Assembly (NCBI GenBank): GCA_023457035.1
Contig: JAEWNN010000136.1
Location: 4,918-68,917 of the forward strand
Source: Verrucomicrobiota bacterium
GTDB taxonomy: Bacteria; Verrucomicrobiota; Verrucomicrobiia; Opitutales; Opitutaceae
Reading direction: 5' to 3'
Length of the DNA stretch: 64,000 nucleotides
Part shown: in pieces, positions 54,002 to 63,199 of the stretch
How positions within the stretch are numbered: position 1 is the stretch's first letter
Layout: each line of letters opens with the position of its first letter
Notes under the pieces: generated by a model
What the model saw: the letters and a program-made list of their open reading frames with translations, nothing else
Told to the model about the DNA's origin: nothing
Database searches by the model: none
Translations under genes and position numbers: made by a program

Positions 54002-55081
54002 ATGAAGTCTCCGGTGTGTTCCGCCCTACTCCTGTGTTTTCTGATCGGCCCTGGGCTGCCGCGGCTGGCGGCTGACGATGCCGACGCGGTGCGCCGGTTG
54101 TTCGAGGCTGGTGATTTCCCCGGCGCGGCTGAACACGGGCTGGCCGCCTTGGGGCGGTCGCCCGAGGACATCGATTTGCAGATCGACACGGGGCGTGCCC
54201 TTGTCCGGTGCGGGAGGTGGCGCGACGCTCGCCCGTGGCTGGAGCAGGTGGTGCGAAGGGGGCGGGCGGGAAACTGGCGAACCGGCTGGGCCCTGTTCGA
54301 ATTGGCCCGGATCGAGTTCGCCCAAGGCGAGGGTGCAGCCGCGCGGGAGCATGCCCGCTTGGCGGTGAAACAGGCCGCGACGCCTACCATCGTGAGGGAG
54401 GGCGGGAGGTTCCTCCTGTTGATCGGTGACGGCCCGGCCTATCGTGGGTGGACGACGCATGAGACTCGGCATCTGCGGATCCATTTCGCGCCGGGAATGG
54501 CGGGCCTCGATCCTGCGCGTTTTGCCGAGCGGAGGGAAGCGGTGTTGGCGGCGAACCAGGCCTTCTTCGCGGCGAAGTTGCCCAAGAAGATCGATCTCTA
54601 CGTGTGGCCCGATGAGGCGACGGCTCGCCGCGCCGGACTTGCGCAGGTTGGGTTTGCGGTGCCGTGGTGTTCGGTGATTCACGCGCTACGGGCACAGACT
54701 CCGGGCCATGAGATCGTGCACGTTTTGCACCACCATGCGTTTCATCCGAGAACCCCGGCCGGGTTGGTGGGCGAGGGCGTGGCGGTTCTTTTCGATGGGC
54801 AGCCGGAGGCGGATCGCCTCCGGATCGCGCGGGAGGCGGTGCAGCGGGCCGGGGTGCGCACGATTGCGGTGGCCAGTTTGTGGCGGGAGTGGCCCGGGAC
54901 GGAGCCAACGTGGGCCTACCCGGTGGCTGGTGCGGTCGTCGAGATGCTGCGCCGGAGGGGCGGAGATGCGCACGTGAAGGATCTACTCGCCGGCGGCGAG
55001 TTCGCTGATGCCGAAAGGCTCTATGGCGACGATCTGGCCGCGTGGCTCGAGGAGTTCGAGCGTGCGCTGCTGGCCCCGTGA
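54002..55081 (+). CDS. Secreted TPR plus peptidase-MA-like (HExxH) protein
   Basis: The signal peptide is MKSPVCSALLLCFLIGPGLPRLAA. The metal site candidate is GHEIVHVLHH...GLVGEGVAVLF (HExxH...E). Confidence 0.7.
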   Translation: MKSPVCSALLLCFLIGPGLPRLAADDADAVRRLFEAGDFPGAAEHGLAALGRSPEDIDLQIDTGRALVRCGRWRDARPWLEQVVRRGRAGNWRTGWALFELARIEFAQGEGAAAREHARLAVKQAATPTIVREGGRFLLLIGDGPAYRGWTTHETRHLRIHFAPGMAGLDPARFAERREAVLAANQAFFAAKLPKKIDLYVWPDEATARRAGLAQVGFAVPWCSVIHALRAQTPGHEIVHVLHHHAFHPRTPAGLVGEGVAVLFDGQPEADRLRIAREAVQRAGVRTIAVASLWREWPGTEPTWAYPVAGAVVEMLRRRGGDAHVKDLLAGGEFADAERLYGDDLAAWLEEFERALLAP

Positions 55082-55155
55082 GAAGTGCGTCCTCCGGCGC
55101 GCTGCACTTCACGGTTGCGCGAGCCGCGGCAGGCGCATGTTCTCGACGCTTCGCC

Positions 55156-56299
55156 ATGATCGCACCCGAAACCTTTTCCCACATCGACAACATCACCAAG
55201 CGCGCCGGCCATCTGTGGAGGTTTCTTTAACTGCGAACAAAAGCAGCGTGAGATCGAGGCCCTCGAGGGCCAGATGGGCGCCCCCTCGTTCTGGGACAAC
55301 CAGGAGCGCGCCCAGACCCACATCGCCAAGCTCAACGGCCTGAAGCGCGCCGTCCTTCCCGTCGTCGCCTTCCAGAAGAAGGTCGACGACCTCGGCGTGA
55401 TGCTGGAGCTGGTCGAGGCTGCCTCGGCGGAGGAGAAGGAGATGTACGAGCACGAGCTTGAGACGACCGTGGCCGCGATGGTTCCCGAGCTCGACGAGCT
55501 CGAGATCGCCTCCTTCCTCACCGGCCAGTTCGACCGCAACAACGCCATCTTCTCCATCCAGTCCGGCGCCGGCGGCACCGAGTCCAACGACTGGGCCGAC
55601 ATCCTCTTCCGCATGTACAACCGCTGGGCCGAGCGTCGCGGCTTCACCGTGGAGCTGCAGGACGTGCAGGCCGGCGACCAGGCCGGCATCACCAAGGCCA
55701 CCATGCTCATCAAGGGCGAGAACGCCTACGGCTATGCCAAGGCCGAGCGCGGCGTCCACCGCCTCGTGCGGATCAGCCCCTTCGACGCCAACAAACGCCG
55801 CCACACCTCGTTCTGCGCCGTCGACGTGATCGCCGAGATCAACGAGGAGATCAATATCGACGTCCCGGACACCGACATCCGTGTCGACGTCTACCGCTCC
55901 TCCGGCAAGGGCGGCCAGGGCGTCAACACCACCGACTCCGCCGTGCGCATCACGCACTTGCCGACCGGGCTGGTCGTCGTCTGCCAGAACGAACGTTCGC
56001 AGATCAAGAACAAGGCCAGTGCGATGAGCGTGCTCAAGGCCCGCCTCTACGAGCGGAAACTCGACGAGCAGCGCAGCGAGATGGAGCGCTTCTACGGCGA
56101 GAAGGGCGAGATCGGCTGGGGCAGCCAGATCCGCAGCTACGTCCTCCAGCCGTATCAGATGGTCAAGGACTTGCGCACCGGTGTGGAGACCAGCAACGTC
56201 GACGCCGTGCTCGACGGCGACCTCGACCGCTTCATCAACGGCTGGTTGCGCGCCGGCAGCCCCCGCCACCGCAACAAGGACATCAAGATGGAGGACTGA
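55156..56299 (+). CDS. prfB: Peptide chain release factor 2, made by a programmed +1 frameshift: join(55156..55227, 55229..56299)
   Basis: Frame 0 reads [24 protein letters not shown] then TAA. The +1 frame continues [29 protein letters not shown]...[11 protein letters not shown]...[21 protein letters not shown] (SPF/GGQ region). Confidence 0.9.
55217..55231 (+). promoter_or_regulatory. prfB +1 frameshift cassette
   Basis: GGAGG lies at 55217-55221, followed by TTT, then CTT TAA C at 55225-55231. The geometry matches E. coli AGGGGG-TAT-CTT TGA C, but the stop codon is TAA. Confidence 0.8.
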
Positions 56300-56420
56300 G
56301 GAATTGCGGAATACGGATTTCGGATTGCGGAATGAAACGAACCAAGCCGCTCGCGAGCGAGAACGTGAGGTCCTCCGATATCTGAATTCCGCAATCCGCC
56401 TTCCGAAACCCGCAATCTCC
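56299..56420. repeat. Imperfect ~36-bp inverted repeat built from ATTGCGGAAT-type units, between prfB and the next gene
   Basis: The left arm is GGAATTGCGGAATACGGATTTCGGATTGCGGAATGA. The reverse complement of the right arm is GGAGATTGCGGGTTTCGGAAGGCGGATTGCGGAATTCA. The core stem is CGGATTGCGGAAT / ATTCCGCAATCCG. Confidence 0.55.
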
Positions 56421-56422
56421 CC

Positions 56423-57838
56423 ATGCTCCCCCACGCCGCCATCCGCTCCGCGCTCGACGCGCAGCCGCTTTTCGAGGCCAAGACCTGGCGGCTCTCGCCC
56501 TCGGCCTGGCGGCTGGCGCCCGCGCAGGCCGCCGAGCTGGAGCTGATCGGACAGGCCTGCCTCGAGTTCCACCAGGCGCTGGAGAACCTCTACCTGCGCG
56601 CCCACGCCGGGAAGAATCTCCTGCGCAACAAACCGCTGCTCGCGCCCTGGGCCGCCGAATACCTCGACCGCGGCAAGCCGCCCGGCCTGCTCGCCCACGC
56701 CCGCGATCCGCGCCAGCGCGGCGCGCTCCCGCCGGTCCTGCGTCCCGATCTTCTCCTGACGGAGGAGGGCTGGGCCCTCACCGAACTCGACTCCGTGCCC
56801 GGCGGCATCGGCCTGACCGCCTTCCTCAACCGCCTCTACGCCCCGACCGGCGGCGTGCTGGGCGAGGGCGACGCGATGATCGAGGGCTTCTACGCCGCGC
56901 TCGCCGCTTTCGCGCCGGGCAAGGCCCTCCCCTCCATCGCCCTCGTCGTCAGCGAGGAGGCCGCGACCTACCGGCCTGAGATGGAATGGCTCGCTGCGCA
57001 GTTGCAGCTGCGCGGGCGCCGCGTCGTCTGTCTGCGGCCCGAACAGCTCTTTCCCCTCGGCGGCGCGGTGTATTTCGATGCGGAGGGCACGCCGGAGCGG
57101 ATCGACGTCGTCTACCGTTTCTTCGAGCTGTTCGACCTCGCCAACGTCGCCTGCGCCCAGCACCTGCTCGAGGCATGGGCGGGCGGCGAGGTGGCGATCG
57201 CGCCGCCGTTGCGGCCATTCCAGGAGGAGAAGCTCGCGCTCGCGCTCTTCCACCACCACCTGCTCCAGGACTACTGGGCCGAGAACCTCTCGCGCACCGC
57301 GCTGCGCACGCTGCGCGGACTCATTCCCGAGTCGTGGGCGATCGATCCCGCGCCGCTGCCGCCCAGCGCCGTGCTCGACGGCCCGCAGGTCGGCGGCCGG
57401 CCGATCTCCGACTGGCGCCAGCTCGCCGCCGCCTCGCAGAAGGAGCGCGACCTCATCATCAAGATCTCCGGCTACGACGAGAGCGCCTGGGGCGCGCGCA
57501 GTGTCACCCTCGGCAGCGACTGCTCGCGCGAGGAGTGGCAGACGGCGCTCGACGCCGCGCTCGCCCGTGCGTCCACGCACCTCCACCTGCTCCAGCGCTA
57601 CCGCAAGCCGCGCCGCGAGAAGCACCCGCTCTTCGACGCCCACGGGCACGCCCACGAACACGAGGGACGGCTCCGACTCTGCCCCTACTACTTTGTCGTC
57701 GGCGGCCAGGTCCGGCTCGGCGGCGCGCTCGCCACCTTCTGCCCGCCCGACAAGAAGATCATCCACGGCATGCAGGATGCGGCCCTGCTGCCCTGCCGCG
57801 TGGTGGCGCCGGCGCCCGGCGTCGCATCCCATCCATGA
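56423..57838 (+). CDS. ATP-grasp-superfamily-like protein (similar to circularly permuted ATP-grasp or glutathionylspermidine synthase; function uncertain)
   Basis: The segment VLRPDLLLTEEGWALTELDSVPGGIGLTAFLN resembles the R.D...g....lE.N..P.G segment of those families. The ORF itself is clean, with an ATG at 56423. Confidence 0.6.
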   Translation: MLPHAAIRSALDAQPLFEAKTWRLSPSAWRLAPAQAAELELIGQACLEFHQALENLYLRAHAGKNLLRNKPLLAPWAAEYLDRGKPPGLLAHARDPRQRGALPPVLRPDLLLTEEGWALTELDSVPGGIGLTAFLNRLYAPTGGVLGEGDAMIEGFYAALAAFAPGKALPSIALVVSEEAATYRPEMEWLAAQLQLRGRRVVCLRPEQLFPLGGAVYFDAEGTPERIDVVYRFFELFDLANVACAQHLLEAWAGGEVAIAPPLRPFQEEKLALALFHHHLLQDYWAENLSRTALRTLRGLIPESWAIDPAPLPPSAVLDGPQVGGRPISDWRQLAAASQKERDLIIKISGYDESAWGARSVTLGSDCSREEWQTALDAALARASTHLHLLQRYRKPRREKHPLFDAHGHAHEHEGRLRLCPYYFVVGGQVRLGGALATFCPPDKKIIHGMQDAALLPCRVVAPAPGVASHP

Positions 57839-59814
57839 CGTCCCGGCGGCCCGTCCTCGCGCTTGCGCTCGCGTTGGCCGTCGCGGCGCTCCAGCCCGGC
57901 TGCACGACCACCGCGCCCCGCCCCCCGCCGGCCGTCGCCGCTGCCGCGACCGTGTTCCAGTCGGCGCTGGCCAACGTGCGCACGGAGGGCCGCGAGGAGG
58001 TCGACGACATCCTCGGCGTCTACGCCAACCTGCCCGCCGATCAGGCCCCGGGGGTGGCCGCGCTGCGGCGCGACATCGCGGAGGCCTTCGCCCGGCTCAA
58101 GCGCGAGGGCCGCGAGCGGCTCGACGGCGACGAGGTCGACCGGCTGACGGTGCGGAATCCGAATTATTGGCACGCCTGGTTCGAGTTCGACCCGCGCGAC
58201 TCCAGCCTGCTCATGCTCCACGCCAGCCTGCTGATGGAGGCGGGCGAGGTCTTCCGCGCCTCGATGGTGCTCACCGTCGGCGCCCAAGCGCTGCCGCTCA
58301 ATGTGCAGGAGCGCGTCTTCTGGTTCACGCAGCAGGCCCGCACCCACTGGACCGCCTTCCGCCGGCTCGACGAGCTGCGCGAGCGCGAGAAGGCGTGGGG
58401 CGATGTGCGCCGCGCCCGCGAGGCGGGTCTGGCGCGGATCGTGCGCGACTGGCCGGCCGACGGTTTCGCGCTCGAGGTGCTCTTGCAGAGCCGCGCCGGG
58501 TTCGCGCCCGGTTCGGTCTCCCCCGAGGACAACGCCCCGGTCGTGCTCGCCCCGGCGGTGCGTGCCCGTGTCGCCAAGCCGCTGGCACAGCTGCGCCGGG
58601 TCAACCCGGTCGCCGCCGCCCGCTACGCCGAGGACCACGGGGCGGCCGCCGAGTTCGGCCGGCTCTGGACGCGGTTGGTCGACGAGTCCCGTGCGATCGA
58701 GCAGCGCGAGCTGGTGCAGTTCGCCGCCCGGGCCCGCGAGCTGGGGCTCGGCGAGCTGGCGATGATCGCGGGCCGCGCGGTGGCCGCGCAGCGCGGCTTC
58801 ATCGCGCCGGCCGACCTGGAGTTTGTGCGCAGCTGCCTGCCGCTGGTGCTGCCTCCGGTGGAGGCCGACCGCCTGCTCGCCCGGATCGAGGGCGGCCGTG
58901 TTCCGTCGTTTCGGCTCACCCGCCCGCCCGAGCAGCCCGACGAGGTGCTCGACGGGATGGACCCGGCGATCCACCCGTTGCTGGCCGACCACGCGGTGCG
59001 GGAATACGCCCGCGAGTCGCTCTGGATCCAGACGGTGGGGGACAACGACGAGCTGCGGGCCCAGCATCTGCGCCTGCGCGCGATCGGCAGTAGCCACGCC
59101 GGTCGTTTCGCCGCCGCGCTCGCCGATCTCGACGAGGCACTCAAGCTCCGCCCCCGGGTTCTGGCGTGGCAGATCGACCGCGCCGTCTTCCTTTCGCGCC
59201 TCGGGCGCACCGCCGAGGCGGACGTGCTCTTCGCGCGCCTCTGGGAAGCGCGTCCGACGGACGAATACTTGCGCAACGCGCTGGCCGTGCACCAGTTCGG
59301 CGAGGGCCGGTTTGCCGAGGCCGAGGCGCTCTTCCGCGCCGTGCAGCCCGACAACGGCAACTTCGCCTACGAGGTGATCTTCGGCTATCTCGCCGGTCTG
59401 CGGCGTGATGCCCCGGATCGCGGCTGGCTCCAGCAGAACCTCGCCCGCGACGCCGCCTGGCCGGCGCCGATCCAGCGCTACCTGCTGGGGGAGATCGACC
59501 GGGCGGCATTGCTCCAGGCGGCGCGCGATACCTTCGACCTGCGCACCACCGAGCAGCAGTGCGAGGCGTATTTCGCGCTGGGCGAGGTGGCGCTCGCCGC
59601 CGGCGACCGGGAGACGGCGCGGCGCGAACTCGAGAACTGCGTGCAGTCGGGCATTGTCGGGTTCATCGAATACGGCCTCGCGCGGCGCGACCTGGAGCGG
59701 CTGGCGCCGCCGAAGCCGGCGGAGCCTCGGACGTCGCCGGAGACTCCGCCGACCGCGAAGCCAACCCCGCCCGGCCGCACCGCCGAGGCCGAGGGCGACG
59801 GTTCGCCGGCCTGA
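57835..59814 (+). CDS. Lipoprotein with TPR-like repeats
   Basis: The ATG at 57835 overlaps the upstream stop (ATGA). The lipobox is AALQPGC. The C-terminal part is TPR-like (AEALFRAVQPDNGNFAY, CEAYFALGEVALAAGDRETA). Confidence 0.75.
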   Translation: MTSRRPVLALALALAVAALQPGCTTTAPRPPPAVAAAATVFQSALANVRTEGREEVDDILGVYANLPADQAPGVAALRRDIAEAFARLKREGRERLDGDEVDRLTVRNPNYWHAWFEFDPRDSSLLMLHASLLMEAGEVFRASMVLTVGAQALPLNVQERVFWFTQQARTHWTAFRRLDELREREKAWGDVRRAREAGLARIVRDWPADGFALEVLLQSRAGFAPGSVSPEDNAPVVLAPAVRARVAKPLAQLRRVNPVAAARYAEDHGAAAEFGRLWTRLVDESRAIEQRELVQFAARARELGLGELAMIAGRAVAAQRGFIAPADLEFVRSCLPLVLPPVEADRLLARIEGGRVPSFRLTRPPEQPDEVLDGMDPAIHPLLADHAVREYARESLWIQTVGDNDELRAQHLRLRAIGSSHAGRFAAALADLDEALKLRPRVLAWQIDRAVFLSRLGRTAEADVLFARLWEARPTDEYLRNALAVHQFGEGRFAEAEALFRAVQPDNGNFAYEVIFGYLAGLRRDAPDRGWLQQNLARDAAWPAPIQRYLLGEIDRAALLQAARDTFDLRTTEQQCEAYFALGEVALAAGDRETARRELENCVQSGIVGFIEYGLARRDLERLAPPKPAEPRTSPETPPTAKPTPPGRTAEAEGDGSPA

Positions 59815-59820
59815 GGCCGG

Positions 59821-61944
59821 CTAGAACGCCCGGTAGTAGTTGACGATCACCGACAGGCCGGCCAGGGGCACCATGTCGCTCGGGCGGCCCACCGTGGCGG
59901 GCATCGGCACGCGGGTCTTGTCGTTGAGCAGATTGTGAACATCCACGCCCCACTGACCGTGGCGGCGGGGATCGCCGAACCGGAGCCCGGCGTTGACGAG
60001 GCCGTAGGTGCCCGTGCGGGCGATCGTGCCGGCGGGGGTGTAGCCGAGTGAGTCGTACACGAGCGAGCCGGCGAGGGTCAGCGTGGCGTGCCGGCTCCAG
60101 TGCCAGTCGCACGAGAGCTTGGTGACGTCCTCCGGGTAGAACATGATCTCGCGTCCGGTCGGCGCGCGGAAGGTGTTGTAGGGATCGTCGACCTTGTCGC
60201 CGAGGCACACGAGCTGGTGGGCGAGCGAGAGGGAGAGCTTCTCGACCGGGCGGAACTGCGCGACGAACTCGCCGCCGATGAAGTCCACGGTGCCGCCCTG
60301 CGTGAAGAGCAGCTTCCCGGTGGCGGCGTCGGTGGTGAGACTGTGCGGGTTGACGAAGCGGTTGTAGAACGTGTTCAGCGTCACGCTGAGGTTGGGGCGT
60401 GCCAGCCACGCGGTGCTCAGCTCGAGGGAGCGCACGATCTCGGGTTTGGTGATGGTGGAGAGTCCGGCGCCGCCGAGGAAGAACCGGTCGGGGGTGGTGA
60501 GGATGGCCATCGGCTGCCGGAATCCGGTGGTGAACATCAGCTTCGTCGTGAGCGTGGGCTGCGGAGCGAAGACCAGGGCGAGGCGCGGCGTCACCGATTC
60601 TTCGCCGGACAGGTGGGGCGTCTCCTGATAGTCGTAACGGCCGCCGAGCACGAGCGAGAGGCGGGGGGAGAGGTCGAACGAAGCCTGCGCGAAGGCGCCC
60701 AGCTCGTCGCGGCTGTAGGGCGTGAGCATGCGGTGGGCGTAGTCGGGCGTGACGTCGCTCCAGGTCCCGTTGGCCGGATCGTAGGTGGGGGCGAAGTTGA
60801 AGTTCTCGCCCGCCCAGTCGTCGCCGTAGCGATCGTGGCGGTACTCCAGGCCGCCGACGAGGGTGAGCGCCGGCCGCGGAGTGTAGAAGAGGCGGGCGGC
60901 GGCGGCGGTGTGCGTCTCGCCCACGGCGCGGATCTTCAGGCCGGTGGCGAGGTCGCGTTTACTGTTGGAGTAGGTGTCGTAGCTGGCCGTGAGCTTGAGC
61001 AGCAGGTCGTCGGCGAGCGGCACGCCCTGGCGGAACTCGAGGAAGGCATAGTCGAAGGTGTCGAGGGGCGAGGGCTTCGTTGCGCTGGCGGTGTTGTTCC
61101 AGACGGCGCGGGAGACACGGTCGAAACGGGCGTAGAGTTCGGTGTGTTCGCCGTAGTTGAGCCGCAGCGAGCTGCGGGCGTTGAGGCGGTACCGCCCGGT
61201 GTTCAGCGGCGAGTTGTCCCGCCCGGAGGCGTTGGTCTTGGCGAAGCCGTCGGAACGTTGCACGCCCGCGGTCGCGGTCACCGCCCAGTCCTTGCCGAGC
61301 CGGGTGCGCCAGACCGCGTCGGCGACGAACGTGCCGCCATTGCCCAGCCCGACATAGGCGCTGCCGGAGTGGCCCGCCGCCGGCGGGGCCTTCGTGATCA
61401 CGTTGATCACGGCGATCGTGGCGCCCGAGCCGTACAGCGCCGAGCCGGGGCCGACGATCACCTCCACGCGCTCGATGTCCTCCAACAGCCCGAGCTCGAG
61501 CTCCGGGGTGGCGCCCTTGGCGTACTGGAGGTTCGTATTGTGGCCGTCGATGAGGAAGAGGACCTTCGAGTTGTTGTCGACCGCCACCCCGCGGAACGCC
61601 GCGATGAGTTCGTCGCCGTCCTCGGTGACGAACGCGCCGGGCACCTGGAAGTTGACGAGATCGAGCAGGCTCCGGGTGCCGCGGAGCCGGATCTCCTCCG
61701 CCGAGAACGAATACACCGTCGCTGGCGCGCGGCTGATCGGGATCGCGGTCTGGGTGGTGGTGGTTACCTCGATGCGCCCCAAGTCCTCGAGCGAGAGCTC
61801 GGACAGCGAGGGGAGCGGGCCGGGCCCGGCGTCGGCTGACCCCTGTGCCTCTGCGCGGGGGACGGTGGCCAGCAACCCCAGCAGGAGCAGGCCTGCGAAG
61901 GCGCGGGGCCTGGTCGGCGGGGCGTTGCGGCGAAGGGCGTCCAT
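59821..61944 (-). CDS. TonB-dependent outer-membrane receptor
   Basis: The signal peptide is MDALRRNAPPTRPRAFAGLLLLGLLATVPRAEA. The plug contains IEVTTTTQTAIPISRAPATVYSFSAEEI...VEVIVGPGSALYGSGA. The protein ends in YYRAF. An alternative start is the ATG at 61992. Confidence 0.85.
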   Translation of the reverse strand: MDALRRNAPPTRPRAFAGLLLLGLLATVPRAEAQGSADAGPGPLPSLSELSLEDLGRIEVTTTTQTAIPISRAPATVYSFSAEEIRLRGTRSLLDLVNFQVPGAFVTEDGDELIAAFRGVAVDNNSKVLFLIDGHNTNLQYAKGATPELELGLLEDIERVEVIVGPGSALYGSGATIAVINVITKAPPAAGHSGSAYVGLGNGGTFVADAVWRTRLGKDWAVTATAGVQRSDGFAKTNASGRDNSPLNTGRYRLNARSSLRLNYGEHTELYARFDRVSRAVWNNTASATKPSPLDTFDYAFLEFRQGVPLADDLLLKLTASYDTYSNSKRDLATGLKIRAVGETHTAAAARLFYTPRPALTLVGGLEYRHDRYGDDWAGENFNFAPTYDPANGTWSDVTPDYAHRMLTPYSRDELGAFAQASFDLSPRLSLVLGGRYDYQETPHLSGEESVTPRLALVFAPQPTLTTKLMFTTGFRQPMAILTTPDRFFLGGAGLSTITKPEIVRSLELSTAWLARPNLSVTLNTFYNRFVNPHSLTTDAATGKLLFTQGGTVDFIGGEFVAQFRPVEKLSLSLAHQLVCLGDKVDDPYNTFRAPTGREIMFYPEDVTKLSCDWHWSRHATLTLAGSLVYDSLGYTPAGTIARTGTYGLVNAGLRFGDPRRHGQWGVDVHNLLNDKTRVPMPATVGRPSDMVPLAGLSVIVNYYRAF

Positions 61945-62408
61945 GTTCTCAGCGAGGGGAAGGGCGGCCGGGGCAGGGGTGGGGCCCGTCATGTTGTCGA
62001 CCTCCGCGACCGGGTCAAACCCGGCACTACGGATGCCGCCGGCCACCCGGTGCACGCGGCCGGCGTGTTGCTCCTGCGGGTCCCGAGAACGACCGTTTCT
62101 CGCGTCATCTCGGAGCCAGGCTTGGGGTCCAGCGCCCCAATCCTCACGGTACCTCGGCAATGATGCACGAAAGGTGCAGGTGTCCGTGGGCAGGGCGAAC
62201 CCTCCGGGTGCGCCGCGCGCTCGGCGGGGACGCCTCGTCCTACCTAGAGCAAGCCTGTTTCTGCGTGATGATTCGGGTTCAGCGTGTAGTTGAGATGTAC
62301 ATCTTGACAGCTGTGTCCAGTAATCTAGTGCTTTGGGCGAAGCCGGGGGGCACGGGAGGCACTTCGCCGACGGTCGACCATTCTGGCTCCACCTCAACAG
62401 AACTACAC

Positions 62409-63038
62409 ATGAAGCGCACCCTGACATCCTTTCTCGCGTGCTTGCTGTTGGCCGTCGCCAGCCAAGCGCAGATCGTGGATTTCGACGATCTCCCTGCCTC
62501 CTCCGACGGTTATGCCATCGGCACGGGCTATGCAGGCCTGAATTGGAATAATTTCTACCGCCTTACTGGTCTGTCGTACCCCAGCCCTTCTGGGTATCAC
62601 GCGGGTATCATCTCACCCGAGAACATCGCGTTCAATGCCTATGGCCATCCTGCGTCGATCTTGGCCCTTGGAGATGCGACTTTTTCCGTGCAGTCCGCAT
62701 TCTTGACCGGTGCTTGGAACGACGATTTGCAGATCCAGCTTCAGGGCTTCCGCGATGGGAGTCTGGTGTCCGGTTACGATTTCTCCGTTCTCGTCAGTGC
62801 CACCGAACCGACCAAGGTGTTGATCGGGTTTGAGAATATCGACGAACTCAAGTTTACGGCCTCGGGCGGTACGCGGTACCAAGGTTATCAGGGGGTCGGC
62901 ACTCAATTTGTTCTCGACGATCTGGCCCTTGGCTCAGGGCCGGCCCAGGCCGTCCCTGAGCCCTCAACCTACGGTCTGATCGGCGCGGGCGCGCTCCTCG
63001 GCCTTGCCTTCTGGCGTCGCCGGGCCGCGCGTCGCTGA
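62409..63038 (+). CDS. PEP-CTERM sorting-domain secreted protein
   Basis: The protein has a signal peptide (MKRTLTSFLACLLLAVASQAQ) and the C-terminus VPEPSTYGLIGAGALLGLAFWRRRAARR. GC is lower than in the neighbours. Confidence 0.85.
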   Translation: MKRTLTSFLACLLLAVASQAQIVDFDDLPASSDGYAIGTGYAGLNWNNFYRLTGLSYPSPSGYHAGIISPENIAFNAYGHPASILALGDATFSVQSAFLTGAWNDDLQIQLQGFRDGSLVSGYDFSVLVSATEPTKVLIGFENIDELKFTASGGTRYQGYQGVGTQFVLDDLALGSGPAQAVPEPSTYGLIGAGALLGLAFWRRRAARR

Positions 63039-63057
63039 GCGGTCTTTTCCTTTTCAA

Positions 63058-63090
63058 GGCGTCTCCCGAACGGGAGGCGCCTTTTCTGTT
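63058..63090 (+). terminator. Intrinsic terminator after the PEP-CTERM gene
   Basis: The stem is GGCGTCTCCC-gaac-GGGAGGCGCC (one G-U pair), followed by TTTTCTGTTT. Confidence 0.65.
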
Positions 63091-63199
63091 TCCGGACCTC
63101 GGCATCCGGCAGCCACTGGTCGGCCGAAGCGGCGGGCGGCCCGGAATTCGCGGTTGAAAAACCGGCGGACCACGGTTTCCCTCCGCGCACCTCGTTTAG

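Noticed and set aside
61945-62300. A riboswitch (cobalamin or TPP) in the long leader of the TonB-dependent receptor.
   Set aside because: I read the minus strand and found no B12-box-like GCCACUG/AGYCMGGAGACC segment and no UGAGA...ACCUGA...GCGUAGGGAA pattern. An Infernal scan would be needed to be sure.
62304-62331. A sigma70-like promoter for the PEP-CTERM gene (TTGACA at 62304-62309).
   Set aside because: The best -10 candidates are TAATCT, at only 11-nt spacing, and TAGTGC, at 16 nt but lacking the final T. The promoter consensus for this lineage is unknown, so this is not supportable from sequence alone.
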